Origin: Minisyncoccota bacterium
Lineage (GTDB): Bacteria; Patescibacteriota; Minisyncoccia; Phycocordibacterales; UBA918
NCBI GenBank assembly: GCA_018062385.1
Contig: JAGOSI010000001.1
Span: 5,904 to 69,903 of the forward strand
Length of the DNA stretch: 64,000 bases
Direction: 5' to 3'
Made by a program: the position numbers and the translations under genes. The notes below the pieces were generated by a model, which saw only the letters and a program-made list of their open reading frames with translations, searched no databases and had not been told where the DNA came from. This document shows positions 26,782-34,368 of this stretch, in pieces (positions within the stretch are counted from its first letter, which is position 1; each line of letters starts with the position of its first letter).

Positions 26782-28086
26782 ATGTCCAAAAAAGAAGATA
26801 ATAAGTACAACTCAATCGCTGTTGCTCAAGCGGTTTTCGTATTTTTTATTTTATTTGGTTTATTGATAGGCCTGGTGTTCTACTATGATTTTTCTGGTAT
26901 CAATCTCGGAGCCTTGGCGTTTTTAATTGCTGTGACTTGTGCAGTGCTTTTGGCTAAAAATATTTATGATCTAGCTCGTGAAGAAGAAAAGACAGTTAAA
27001 ATTGCTAAAAGATTATCTGAGGATGTGGTTAGTAATCCTTCTCAGAAATTATTCGCTGAAGTTTTCAATAATAGTCCAATCGCTTATCTAATTCTCGATA
27101 GTGAAGGTAATATTATTACCTCAAATAAATCAGCTGTGAGACTATTGGGTCGTTCGGCGATGAGGCTCGATAAGACTCAGTTTTTTACTTGCATTGGTGC
27201 TCATTCTGAACATTTGATTTTGATTAAGGAGAAGTTCCGTAACGGTGTGATTGTCAGTGAAGAAGAAATTGAAATTAATCGTGACGGAAGCTCTGGCTGG
27301 GCGACGATGTCGATTTTTCCTTTCACAGATTATGCTAATCAACGCATGAGTTTGGTAACACTCTTGGATATTACCAGACAAAAAGAAATAGATACCGCTA
27401 AATCAGAGTTTGTTTCTTTAGCTTCGCATCAACTACGAACACCGATTGCCGGTATGCGTTGGAGTGCTGAGCTGCTCTTGATGGACGGTGCAGAATCTTT
27501 AAGTAAACAACAGCGTCGTTATGCTGATCGGTTGTTGTCTAATGTCCAGAGGATGGCAAATTTGGTAGATGATTTTCTTCAGGTCTCTAGGTTTGACCTT
27601 GGGACAAGAATTTTACAACCAGAAGTGGTGGATATTCAAAAGTTAATCAATGATGTGGTTGGTGAACAATCTCTAATGACTAGTAGTAAGCAGATCGTAG
27701 TGGAAAGACATTTTGATGACAGCGTGAGCGAGATTGTGACCGATGAAAAACTTTTAAGGATGATTGTTACCAATCTATACAATAACGCTATAAAGTATTC
27801 GCATAATGGAGGGGTGGTTGAAATTACCTATTTCCGAGAGGGGGAGGATTTGGTTATTGAAATTAAAGATTATGGTATGGGTATACCGGTAGAAGATCAG
27901 TCACGTATTTTCACTAAAGTGTTTAGGGCTAGTAATGCTCTTCGTGAAGTTCCGGACGGTACCGGACTTGGGCTTTATATTGTAAAAAAAGCCGCTCAGA
28001 CCTTGCGTGGCCGAGTGACTTTTAATTCCAGTGAAAATGTTGGTACTACCTTTACTGTAGTGATACCTCTGACTTTGTCTGTGTAG
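26782..28086 (+). CDS. sensor histidine kinase (2 TM, PAS-like, HisKA, HATPase_c)
   Basis: H-box SHQLRTPIAGMRW, N-box NLYNNAIKYS, G-boxes DYGMGIP / GTGLGLYIV. Confidence 0.85.
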   Translation: MSKKEDNKYNSIAVAQAVFVFFILFGLLIGLVFYYDFSGINLGALAFLIAVTCAVLLAKNIYDLAREEEKTVKIAKRLSEDVVSNPSQKLFAEVFNNSPIAYLILDSEGNIITSNKSAVRLLGRSAMRLDKTQFFTCIGAHSEHLILIKEKFRNGVIVSEEEIEINRDGSSGWATMSIFPFTDYANQRMSLVTLLDITRQKEIDTAKSEFVSLASHQLRTPIAGMRWSAELLLMDGAESLSKQQRRYADRLLSNVQRMANLVDDFLQVSRFDLGTRILQPEVVDIQKLINDVVGEQSLMTSSKQIVVERHFDDSVSEIVTDEKLLRMIVTNLYNNAIKYSHNGGVVEITYFREGEDLVIEIKDYGMGIPVEDQSRIFTKVFRASNALREVPDGTGLGLYIVKKAAQTLRGRVTFNSSENVGTTFTVVIPLTLSV

Positions 28087-28100
28087 CCTTAATAAACTCT

Positions 28101-28472
28101 CTAGGCCAATTCTTTCTCTACTCGCAACACGATATCGCTAATGCTGGAACGGGATTTATGAATAACATCTTCAGTCTTGATGTTGTTGTCTATCATATTT
28201 TGTTCGGATAGATCTGAAGCAGTGATAATTAAAATACGAACATCTTTACCCCAAGAATCGTTTTTTAAATGATTAATAATTTCTATACCATCCATATCTG
28301 GTAGGCGTAAGTCGAGGAGAATTAGGTCGGGTTTTTCGGTTAAGGCTAGGTCTAATCCAGTTTTACCATTGTTGGCTTTAAGGGGGCGATAACCCTTTAA
28401 TAACAATACATCTTCTAAAGAGTCAGCAAGATCAGTTGAGTCCTCAATAATCAAGATCGTTTTTTGTAACAT
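28101..28472 (-). CDS. single-domain response regulator (CheY-like receiver only)
   Basis: ILIIEDSTDLADSL...DLILLDLRLPDMDGIEI; 123 aa with no output domain. Confidence 0.8.
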   Translation of the reverse strand: MLQKTILIIEDSTDLADSLEDVLLLKGYRPLKANNGKTGLDLALTEKPDLILLDLRLPDMDGIEIINHLKNDSWGKDVRILIITASDLSEQNMIDNNIKTEDVIHKSRSSISDIVLRVEKELA

Positions 28473-28562
28473 AATGATAATTGTAGCGTATTTAATTAAT
28501 GATGGATAGATGACTGTAAGTTACAACTTACCAATTCGTCCTAATAAGTGTAAGATAAAATC

Positions 28563-29219
28563 ATGAATAATCAAAAAAACATTGTCGCAGTAATTGTTGC
28601 TGTAGTGACCGTTGTTATTTTAGGAGCAGTTTATTATTTCTTTGGTCCACCGTCTAATGATCGCATGATAGTTACAAACACTACCGAGACTATTGCTAAT
28701 GAAGAGTTAAATTTCTCTTTCTCCTACGAAAGTGGAGAAACAGCCCTTAGTTCAATGGAGACTTTGCCAGAACAATTTGGAAGTAGCACCTTACAAAAAA
28801 TGTACATGTTAATGGATACTAGAGAGTTAGAAAGTTTTAACCAAGCTAAAGAAAAAGGTGAAGTCAGAGAATCTCCACCAGCAATTAGTGTTTTGGTCTT
28901 TGAAAAAGCATCGACTACTGAAGCTATAGTAGCGTCATCAACCGCTTCCTCCTCTGATTCTTCTGTTGAAAAAGTTAAGCAGTGGGCAAAAGATAATAAT
29001 CAATTTACCAACTTCAATCTTGCAACTAGCGACATTGAAGAAACTGAAATTGATGGTGCTTCCGCTATTCACTATCAGACAGATGGACTCTATAAGCAGG
29101 ATGTTTATGTGGCGCGTTACGGCAAGAAAATGTACTTATTTGTTGGACAGTCTATGAATGAAGGTGATTATATGCAAGAATCTTTTAAGAAAGTAATTGA
29201 TTCAGTATTGTTTGAGTAG
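28563..29219 (+). CDS. hypothetical membrane-anchored protein
   Basis: N-terminal TM helix, then soluble domain; no recognisable family. Confidence 0.45.
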   Translation: MNNQKNIVAVIVAVVTVVILGAVYYFFGPPSNDRMIVTNTTETIANEELNFSFSYESGETALSSMETLPEQFGSSTLQKMYMLMDTRELESFNQAKEKGEVRESPPAISVLVFEKASTTEAIVASSTASSSDSSVEKVKQWAKDNNQFTNFNLATSDIEETEIDGASAIHYQTDGLYKQDVYVARYGKKMYLFVGQSMNEGDYMQESFKKVIDSVLFE

Positions 29220-29268
29220 AATTAATTAGGTAACATTACTCATATAGTCTTTAATTTAACATTTAATT

Positions 29269-29988
29269 ATGCAAAATTTAATCATCGCAGTAGGTTTAAT
29301 TATCGTGGTTTGGGTCGGATTCATGTTCTTCGGTAATGATCAAGAAGAAGTCTCTAATCAAATGAAAGAAGCAACGCAGGAGCAGTTAGAGGAAATTAAT
29401 TCTACGTCCAACAATGAACAAACTACTATTCAGTCGGGTTCGTACGAGATTGATGTTGCTGAGAGTGAGGTTAAGTGGGCTGGTAAGAAGCCATTGATTG
29501 ATGGTTATATTAATTCTGGTACTATCGGTTTAAATGAAGGTGGAGTGCAGATTGATGAAAATGGTATTATGTCCGGATCATTTATTATTGACATGCAGAC
29601 CTTAAGGGTTGGTTTGACCGCGAAAAAACCTGGTCAAGAAACTAAGTTGGAAGAACACTTGAAGAGCGATCGCTGGTTTGATGTAGAGACTTATCCAAAT
29701 GCTAACTTTGTTATCAATAAAGTTACCGCCAAAAGTACTGATTCAGCCAATACTTCCTACGACATTGAAGGTGATCTCACTATCAAAGGTCAGACTCACA
29801 CTATCACTTTCCCAGCTACGATTGAGCAAGGTTCTGATGGACAGGTGGTCGCTGAAGCTACTACTAAGATTGATCGCACCAAGTGGGGACTAACAGCCGG
29901 ATCTTCTTCCTTCTTCGATAATTTGGCAGACAATGTGATTGATGACATGATTGAATTATCATTCAAGCTAGTTGCTAATAAGCAATAA
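29269..29988 (+). CDS. YceI-like (polyisoprenoid-binding) domain protein, membrane-anchored
   Basis: Pattern ...W.G.K......G...G.........ID..........L.SD.WFDVETYP.A.F......GDLTIKGQTH...........IDR..WG typical of the YceI family. Confidence 0.6.
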   Translation: MQNLIIAVGLIIVVWVGFMFFGNDQEEVSNQMKEATQEQLEEINSTSNNEQTTIQSGSYEIDVAESEVKWAGKKPLIDGYINSGTIGLNEGGVQIDENGIMSGSFIIDMQTLRVGLTAKKPGQETKLEEHLKSDRWFDVETYPNANFVINKVTAKSTDSANTSYDIEGDLTIKGQTHTITFPATIEQGSDGQVVAEATTKIDRTKWGLTAGSSSFFDNLADNVIDDMIELSFKLVANKQ

Positions 29989-29994
29989 TTTTTC

Positions 29995-30270
29995 ATGGGA
30001 TTTTTTAGTGATACACCAAAGAAGATTAGTAAGGAGGAGTGGGAAAAGATTCGTATAAATCTCTATGGCAAGTTAGATGAGAGAGAGCGCATTGAATTAG
30101 AAAAGTTTTTCCGATCTGATTTAAGTGAAAAGGGTCTCGAGGATGGTATTTCGCGCGCTGAGTTTGAAGCTGGTATGGCCTGGCTCAGAGCCAATCCAAA
30201 GAAGCACTTATTTGAAGAGAATGATCTAGAACAAATCGCTAAATATTTTGAAGAGCATCTGCAGGATTAA
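29995..30270 (+). CDS. hypothetical protein (91 aa)
   Basis: ORF only. Confidence 0.35.
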   Translation: MGFFSDTPKKISKEEWEKIRINLYGKLDERERIELEKFFRSDLSEKGLEDGISRAEFEAGMAWLRANPKKHLFEENDLEQIAKYFEEHLQD

Positions 30271-30296
30271 AAATGCGGTGCAAGTCTTAGTTTAGA

Positions 30297-30758
30297 GTGC
30301 GTGATATGCTTAATGTAAAATATGACTATATGCAAACAAAAAAATCAGTCTACATAAATTTGATCGTCAAAGACTTAGCTAAAGCTACTGCTTTTTACGA
30401 AGCGATTGGTTGCACCAAAAATCCAATGTTTAGTAACGAAGTTGCTAGTTCCATGATGTGGAATGAAGAGATTGTTTTCATGCTCCTAACTGAAGAGTTT
30501 GCCCGTAACTTTAGTGATAATAAAATCATTCCCAATCAAAAAGAGTCAGTCAGTGCTTTCTACGCGTTGAACTTAGCTTCCAAGGAAGAGGTCGATGAAT
30601 TTTGCGCTAAAGCCAAAAGTGCAGGAGGAAGAGTGTACGAAAATAAGTTTAATCAGGATATGGCAGGAGACTTCATGTACGCTTTTGAAGTGGAAGACAC
30701 TGAAGGTTATATCCTTGAACCAGTCTTTATGGACATATCAAAATTTCCACAAGAGTAA
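30297..30758 (+). CDS. VOC (glyoxalase/bleomycin-resistance fold) family protein, tentative
   Basis: YINLIVKDLAKATAFYEAIG beta-alpha-beta start typical of VOC proteins; start may be 30306. Confidence 0.4.
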   Translation: MRDMLNVKYDYMQTKKSVYINLIVKDLAKATAFYEAIGCTKNPMFSNEVASSMMWNEEIVFMLLTEEFARNFSDNKIIPNQKESVSAFYALNLASKEEVDEFCAKAKSAGGRVYENKFNQDMAGDFMYAFEVEDTEGYILEPVFMDISKFPQE

Positions 30759-30763
30759 ACATT

Positions 30764-30789
30764 AAAAAACCGCCACTAGGCGGTTTTTT
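30764..30789 (+). terminator. Rho-independent terminator (aaaaaaccgcc-acta-ggcggtttttt)
   Basis: Perfect stem, A/T-run flanks; marks the chromosomal edge of the ssrA cassette array. Confidence 0.75.
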
Positions 30790-30889
30790 AATGTTACGTG
30801 TACTTCTGTGTCGGTGGGGTAGTTTGGCTTAAGTTGACCTAGTTTTTAATGACCGAAGGGAATATAAAAACGTAAATGCCCTTGTGGTG

Positions 30890-30950
30890 AAACATAGTTT
30901 GATTGAGAGGGAGTGTCCTAATTTCCTTAAGATTGTTGACCTCTGGTGAT
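30890..30950 (+). repeat. ~50-60 bp conserved direct repeat, copy 1 (aaacatagtttgattgagagggagtgtcctaatttccttaagattgttgacctctggtga)
   Basis: Shares the core TTGATTGA.A.GGA.TGTCC.AATTTC(C)TT.AAG..GTTGA..T.TGGT with copies at 31703-31762 and 32657-32708. Confidence 0.7.
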
Positions 30951-30966
30951 TTGCTATACTTTCAAA

Positions 30967-31623
30967 ATGGACAACAAAACTATAATTAATAAGACTATTG
31001 AATTTGTTAAAAATACCCTATCTGAGGCAGAGGGCGGTCATGATTGGTGGCATATTTATCGTGTTTGGAAAAATGCTCAGCATATTGCAAGTAATGAGGG
31101 AGGTGTAGATTCGTTGGTCGTTGAGCTAGGTGCTTTGTTGCATGATATTGCTGATTCCAAGTTCCACAATGGTGATGAAGAAATTGGTCCGAAGACGGCT
31201 AGAAACTACCTTACCTCACTAGAGTTACCAGACTCTGTAGTAGAACATATAGAAAATATAGTTCGTCATATTTCTTTTAAGGGTGCAATAGAAGGGCAAA
31301 AGTGGACTTCGCCAGAATTGGCGGTCGTGCAGGATGCCGACCGCTTAGATGCTATTGGAGCTATTGGTATTGCCAGAACTTTTAATTATGGAGGTCATAA
31401 AGGAAGGGGATTATACGACCCGACTATCAAGCCTAACCTACAAATGAGCAAAGAGGAGTATAAAAACAGCAACGCACCAACTTTGAATCATTTCTACGAA
31501 AAACTTCTTTTGCTTAAAGATCTAATGAATACTAAAACTGGAAAAGAAATGGCGGAGGGGCGCCATCAGTTTATGGAGCAATATCTAGAGCAGTTTTACT
31601 CTGAGTGGGAGGGTAAAAAATAA
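30967..31623 (+). CDS. HD domain metal-dependent phosphohydrolase
   Basis: HDWWHIYRVW...LLHDIADSK...DADRLDAIGAIG (H...HD...D motifs); start at ATG 30967 (MDNKT). Confidence 0.7.
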   Translation: MDNKTIINKTIEFVKNTLSEAEGGHDWWHIYRVWKNAQHIASNEGGVDSLVVELGALLHDIADSKFHNGDEEIGPKTARNYLTSLELPDSVVEHIENIVRHISFKGAIEGQKWTSPELAVVQDADRLDAIGAIGIARTFNYGGHKGRGLYDPTIKPNLQMSKEEYKNSNAPTLNHFYEKLLLLKDLMNTKTGKEMAEGRHQFMEQYLEQFYSEWEGKK

Positions 31624-31648
31624 GAAACTCACTTGAGGGTAAGTTTCT

Positions 31649-31690
31649 GTTGTTCTATGTATTTCTACACACTTCTTTATGTGGAGCAGT
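31649..31690 (+). repeat. Degenerate copy of ssrA 3'-terminus plus downstream spacer
   Basis: ctgttgttctatgtatttctacacacttctttatgtggagcag aligns with 33020-33063, with a deletion in the core. Confidence 0.5.
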
Positions 31691-31702
31691 TTTCTCCGAG
31701 TT

Positions 31703-31762
31703 AAACATAGTCTGATTGAAATGGAATGTCCAAATTTCTTGAAGGTGGTCGATTTGTGGTAG
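31703..31762 (+). repeat. ~60 bp conserved direct repeat, copy 2
   Basis: aaacatagtctgattgaaatggaatgtccaaatttcttgaaggtggtcgatttgtggtag. Confidence 0.7.
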
Positions 31763-32038
31763 CTACCGCATTGATACCTTGAGTGACAAATCAAGAGCCT
31801 TGGCAATGCGACTGAGAGTTTGCAGGGAAGGGTTACCATCTCCTCGCTCAAGGCGGGAAATAACTGGCTGACGACTACCAATTGCTTCAGCCAGTTCTGT
31901 TTGTGACCAGCCACGTTTAATGCGTTCTTTGATAATAGTTTTTACTACCTCATATTCTGGTCCGAGATCTTCGTATTCAGCTTTAACAACTGGGTTCTTG
32001 AGAGCTTTGACTTTAAATTGTTTGAATGTAGTACTCAT
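31763..32038 (-). CDS. HTH XRE-family antitoxin (HigA-like)
   Basis: RIKRGWSQTELAEAIGSRQPVISRLERGDGNPSLQTLSRIAKAL; downstream of the toxin gene as in HigBA. Confidence 0.65.
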   Translation of the reverse strand: MSTTFKQFKVKALKNPVVKAEYEDLGPEYEVVKTIIKERIKRGWSQTELAEAIGSRQPVISRLERGDGNPSLQTLSRIAKALDLSLKVSMR

Positions 32039-32064
32039 AAAATGAATATAACTTATAAGTTATA

Positions 32065-32370
32065 TTATTGCAAGTGTGATTTGGTATCCCGAGCTCTAGC
32101 TAGTTCCTTATCGAGCGTTTTTTGGCTTTTCTTAATACAAGCATGTAACAAAATAGCCTGTTTCTTATGGAAGTAGTAGAATATCCTAACTTCTCTTGTT
32201 CCTCGTATCCGTAGCTCTAGTAGTCCATCAGACATATGTCTGCTATGGGGCATTCCTAAATCGTTTCCAAATTCTTCTAGTAATTCAACGGTGCGAATTA
32301 CTTTAGCAATCTCTTTTGCGTTGAGTGACTCAAGAAATGTTTCAACTGAGTCAAGAAGAATAATTTGCAT
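32065..32370 (-). CDS. type II toxin, RelE/HigB (phage Gp49-like) family
   Basis: 101-aa protein with ...GNDLGMPHSRHMSDGLLELRIRGTREVRIFYYFHKKQAILLHACIKKSQK... typical of HigB/Gp49; the toxin-first order matches HigBA. Confidence 0.55.
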   Translation of the reverse strand: MQIILLDSVETFLESLNAKEIAKVIRTVELLEEFGNDLGMPHSRHMSDGLLELRIRGTREVRIFYYFHKKQAILLHACIKKSQKTLDKELARARDTKSHLQ

Positions 32371-32416
32371 GAAATAATTATAGCAAAATAAAAAACTTAC
32401 TCGTGGGAGTAAGTTT

Positions 32417-32473
32417 TTATGTTGTTTTATGTATTTCTACATATTTCTATGTCGGTGGAGATGGCGAATTGGT
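32417..32473 (+). repeat. Near-exact direct copy of the ssrA 3' terminus plus 30-nt downstream spacer
   Basis: tatgttgttttatgtatttctacatatttctatgtcggtggagatggcga, identical to 33020-33070 except 3 substitutions; preceded by terminator hairpin 32396-32418. Confidence 0.8.
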
Positions 32474-32565
32474 CACGAATCACTAAGTATTTTTGTTCGT
32501 CTTCGACTCCAAATCTACTAAGTGTTCTCGACCCCAGCTCGCTTGCCTCCGGCATCGCTCCGCTT

Positions 32566-32586
32566 TTCAATTCTCGCCATCTCCAC
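32566..32586 (+). repeat. Inverted-orientation copy of the ssrA 3' terminus (ttcaattctcgccatctccac)
   Basis: 21-nt identity to the sense strand of the tmRNA 3' end; forms an inverted repeat with 32451-32468. Confidence 0.65.
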
Positions 32587-32656
32587 AAATAATAATAAAA
32601 GCCCCAAAATGGGGCCGTTATTATTTGTGGAGCAGTTTAACTCAAGTAAAAACCTC

Positions 32657-32708
32657 TTTGATAGAAATGGAGTGTCCTAATTTCTTGAAGGCAGTTGATT
32701 TGTGGTAG
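32657..32708 (+). repeat. ~50 bp conserved direct repeat, copy 3
   Basis: tttgatagaaatggagtgtcctaatttcttgaaggcagttgatttgtggtag. Confidence 0.7.
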
Positions 32709-32712
32709 AAGT

Positions 32713-32994
32713 CTATTTCTGAGTGACTTTGTATTCTTTACCTTCTGCGTCGTAGGTAATCCATTCACCAACTGATACTCCTTCCTTAAAGTTACCGGAG
32801 CGTTTCAATGTTCCGTCTAGACGGTACCATTCCCAGTATCCGTTTGGATGTCCATCTTTCATCTTTCCCTTAGACCAGATAGTTTCTCCATTGGCATGAT
32901 ACTTGATAGTGTAGCCACGAATCACTTCAGATTTTTTCGGAGTAATCTTTTTTGTGGGCTTTTTATTCATTAGTAATAAGTATAACAAAAACAA
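32713..32994 (-). CDS. MORN-repeat / YwqK-like small protein
   Basis: GHPNGYWEWYRLDGTLKRSGNFKEGVSVGEWITYDAEGK = MORN variant repeats; Lys-rich N-terminus. Confidence 0.5.
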   Translation of the reverse strand: MFLLYLLLMNKKPTKKITPKKSEVIRGYTIKYHANGETIWSKGKMKDGHPNGYWEWYRLDGTLKRSGNFKEGVSVGEWITYDAEGKEYKVTQK

Positions 32995-33056
32995 AAAAGC
33001 TTACCCATACGAGTAAACTTCTATGTTGTTGTATGTATTTCTACATACTTCTATGT

Positions 33057-33453
33057 CGGTGGAGATGGCGAGAATTGAACCCGCGTCCGAATGAGGGTGT
33101 CTTTATGAGTCTACAGTGTGTAGTTTCACTTTAGGTTTAAACTATTTAGCTATAAGAGAAACCAAACACTAAATAATCGAGTTTCAAGAATTTGAGTTTA
33201 CTACTGAAACGACATAGCAAACCGTAATCTCATGGCTATTTTACCCACACTCCTTTATGAGATATAGAGGAGGTGAGCATCGCTACGGCCTGCGTAAATT
33301 TACGCTAGAGCGGGAGCGAATCCAAACGCGTTAGCGTAAGGACTTGGTATGCTTTTCTTTGCACATACAAATTGCTCGAGTTTTGAGAGAGTCTCGAGCA
33401 GCTCTCACACTGCACACAAAGAGCACGACTCACCGTCGATGCCTAGCATCCCC
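33057..33453 (-). ncRNA. ssrA: tmRNA (transfer-messenger RNA, one-piece)
   Basis: Minus strand: 5' GGGGATGCTAGGCATCGACGG... and 3' ...GGACGCGGGTTCAATTCTCGCCATCTCCACC (T-arm plus acceptor; CCA not fully encoded); candidate tag frame ...GCT AAC GCG TTT GGA TTC GCT CCC GCT CTA GCG TAA (ANAFGFAPALA*). Confidence 0.9.
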
Positions 33454-33681
33454 TAAAAGAGTCCGAAATAATGCAGACGCTTTTAGGGAATAGTGTGATT
33501 ACTTTCAAAGAACTCGATTATTTTACAATCATTTAGTTTAAATGTAAAGCTTTAGTGTGGAGGTGGTGTAAAGCCGTAAAATATTACAATGTGTGATAAA
33601 AGGTGAATTTTTATAGAATAAGAAGCGTGGTATGCTGAGTATATTGTTGATTGTAAATATTTTTCTAAACTAATTGATGAC

Positions 33682-34368
33682 ATGGATAATAATGAAAAAA
33701 TAATTTTAAAAGTAGATGAAGTTGAAAAATTTTTTGCTATTAATAGTGGAAATTTAACTATTCTCAACGGAGTGTCATTTTCTGTAAAAGCTGGAGAAAA
33801 GGTTGCTATTATTGGCCCTTCTGGTTCTGGTAAATCAACCCTACTGTCTTTGATTGGATTATTAGATGAACCCAGTGCTGGAAAAATAATTATTGATAAT
33901 CAAAATATCAATGAATTGTCAGAAGTGTCACAAGCAGATTTTAGAAATAAAAAAATTGGTTTTATTTTTCAATCCTTCGAATTAATATCTTCATTTACTG
34001 TTTGGGAAAATATTGTTGCTCCTTTAGATATTGCTGATATAAAGCCAGATAAAAATTATGTTGATGGTTTGATAAAAAAATTGGGTCTGGAAAGTAGGGT
34101 GCAAGCTTTGCCGAATACTTTGTCTGGTGGTGAGAAACAACGAGCAGCAATAGGAAGAGCTTTGGTCAATAATCCCGCTTTAATTTTAGCTGATGAACCA
34201 ACCGGTAGCTTAGATAGAATAACCGGTGAAAGAGTCCTCGATATGTTGATAGCAGCGGTGACCGACAGTGGTTCTTCATTAATTATTATTACTCACGATG
34301 AAAGTTTGGCAGATAAAATGGATAGAGTATTTGAGTTAAGAGACAAGACTATTCATGAACGCAATTAA
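33682..34368 (+). CDS. ABC transporter ATP-binding protein (YbbA/LolD/MacB-ATPase-like)
   Basis: Walker A GPSGSGKST, ABC signature LSGGEKQRAAIGRA, Walker B ILADEPTGSLD. Confidence 0.85.
   Translation: MDNNEKIILKVDEVEKFFAINSGNLTILNGVSFSVKAGEKVAIIGPSGSGKSTLLSLIGLLDEPSAGKIIIDNQNINELSEVSQADFRNKKIGFIFQSFELISSFTVWENIVAPLDIADIKPDKNYVDGLIKKLGLESRVQALPNTLSGGEKQRAAIGRALVNNPALILADEPTGSLDRITGERVLDMLIAAVTDSGSSLIIITHDESLADKMDRVFELRDKTIHERN

Larger units (their letters stand above)
30801..33075. mobile_element. Array of three small integrase-less cassettes inserted downstream of the ssrA 3' end; each ends in a partial ssrA 3'-end copy plus spacer plus terminator, and each carries a ~50-bp conserved direct repeat
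   Basis: Direct repeats of ctatgtcggtggagatggcga (ssrA 3' terminus) at 33050-33070 (native), 32448-32468 (21/21), 31670-31690 (degenerate), 30801-30820 (degenerate); 30-nt spacer tatgttgttNtatgtatttctacatNcttct repeated three times; cargo: HD hydrolase, HigBA-like TA, MORN protein. Confidence 0.6.

Noticed and set aside
32493-32708. ORF 32493-32708 (+), 71 aa
   Set aside because: Its C-terminus (...SLIEMECPNFLKAVDLW) is just the translation of the conserved ~50-bp repeat, and its body spans the inverted ssrA-end copy and a palindrome. It is almost certainly non-coding.
33552-33767. ORF 33552-33767 (-), 71 aa
   Set aside because: It lies in the AT-rich ssrA promoter region and overlaps the start of the ABC ATPase gene on the other strand. 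It is low-complexity with no RBS.
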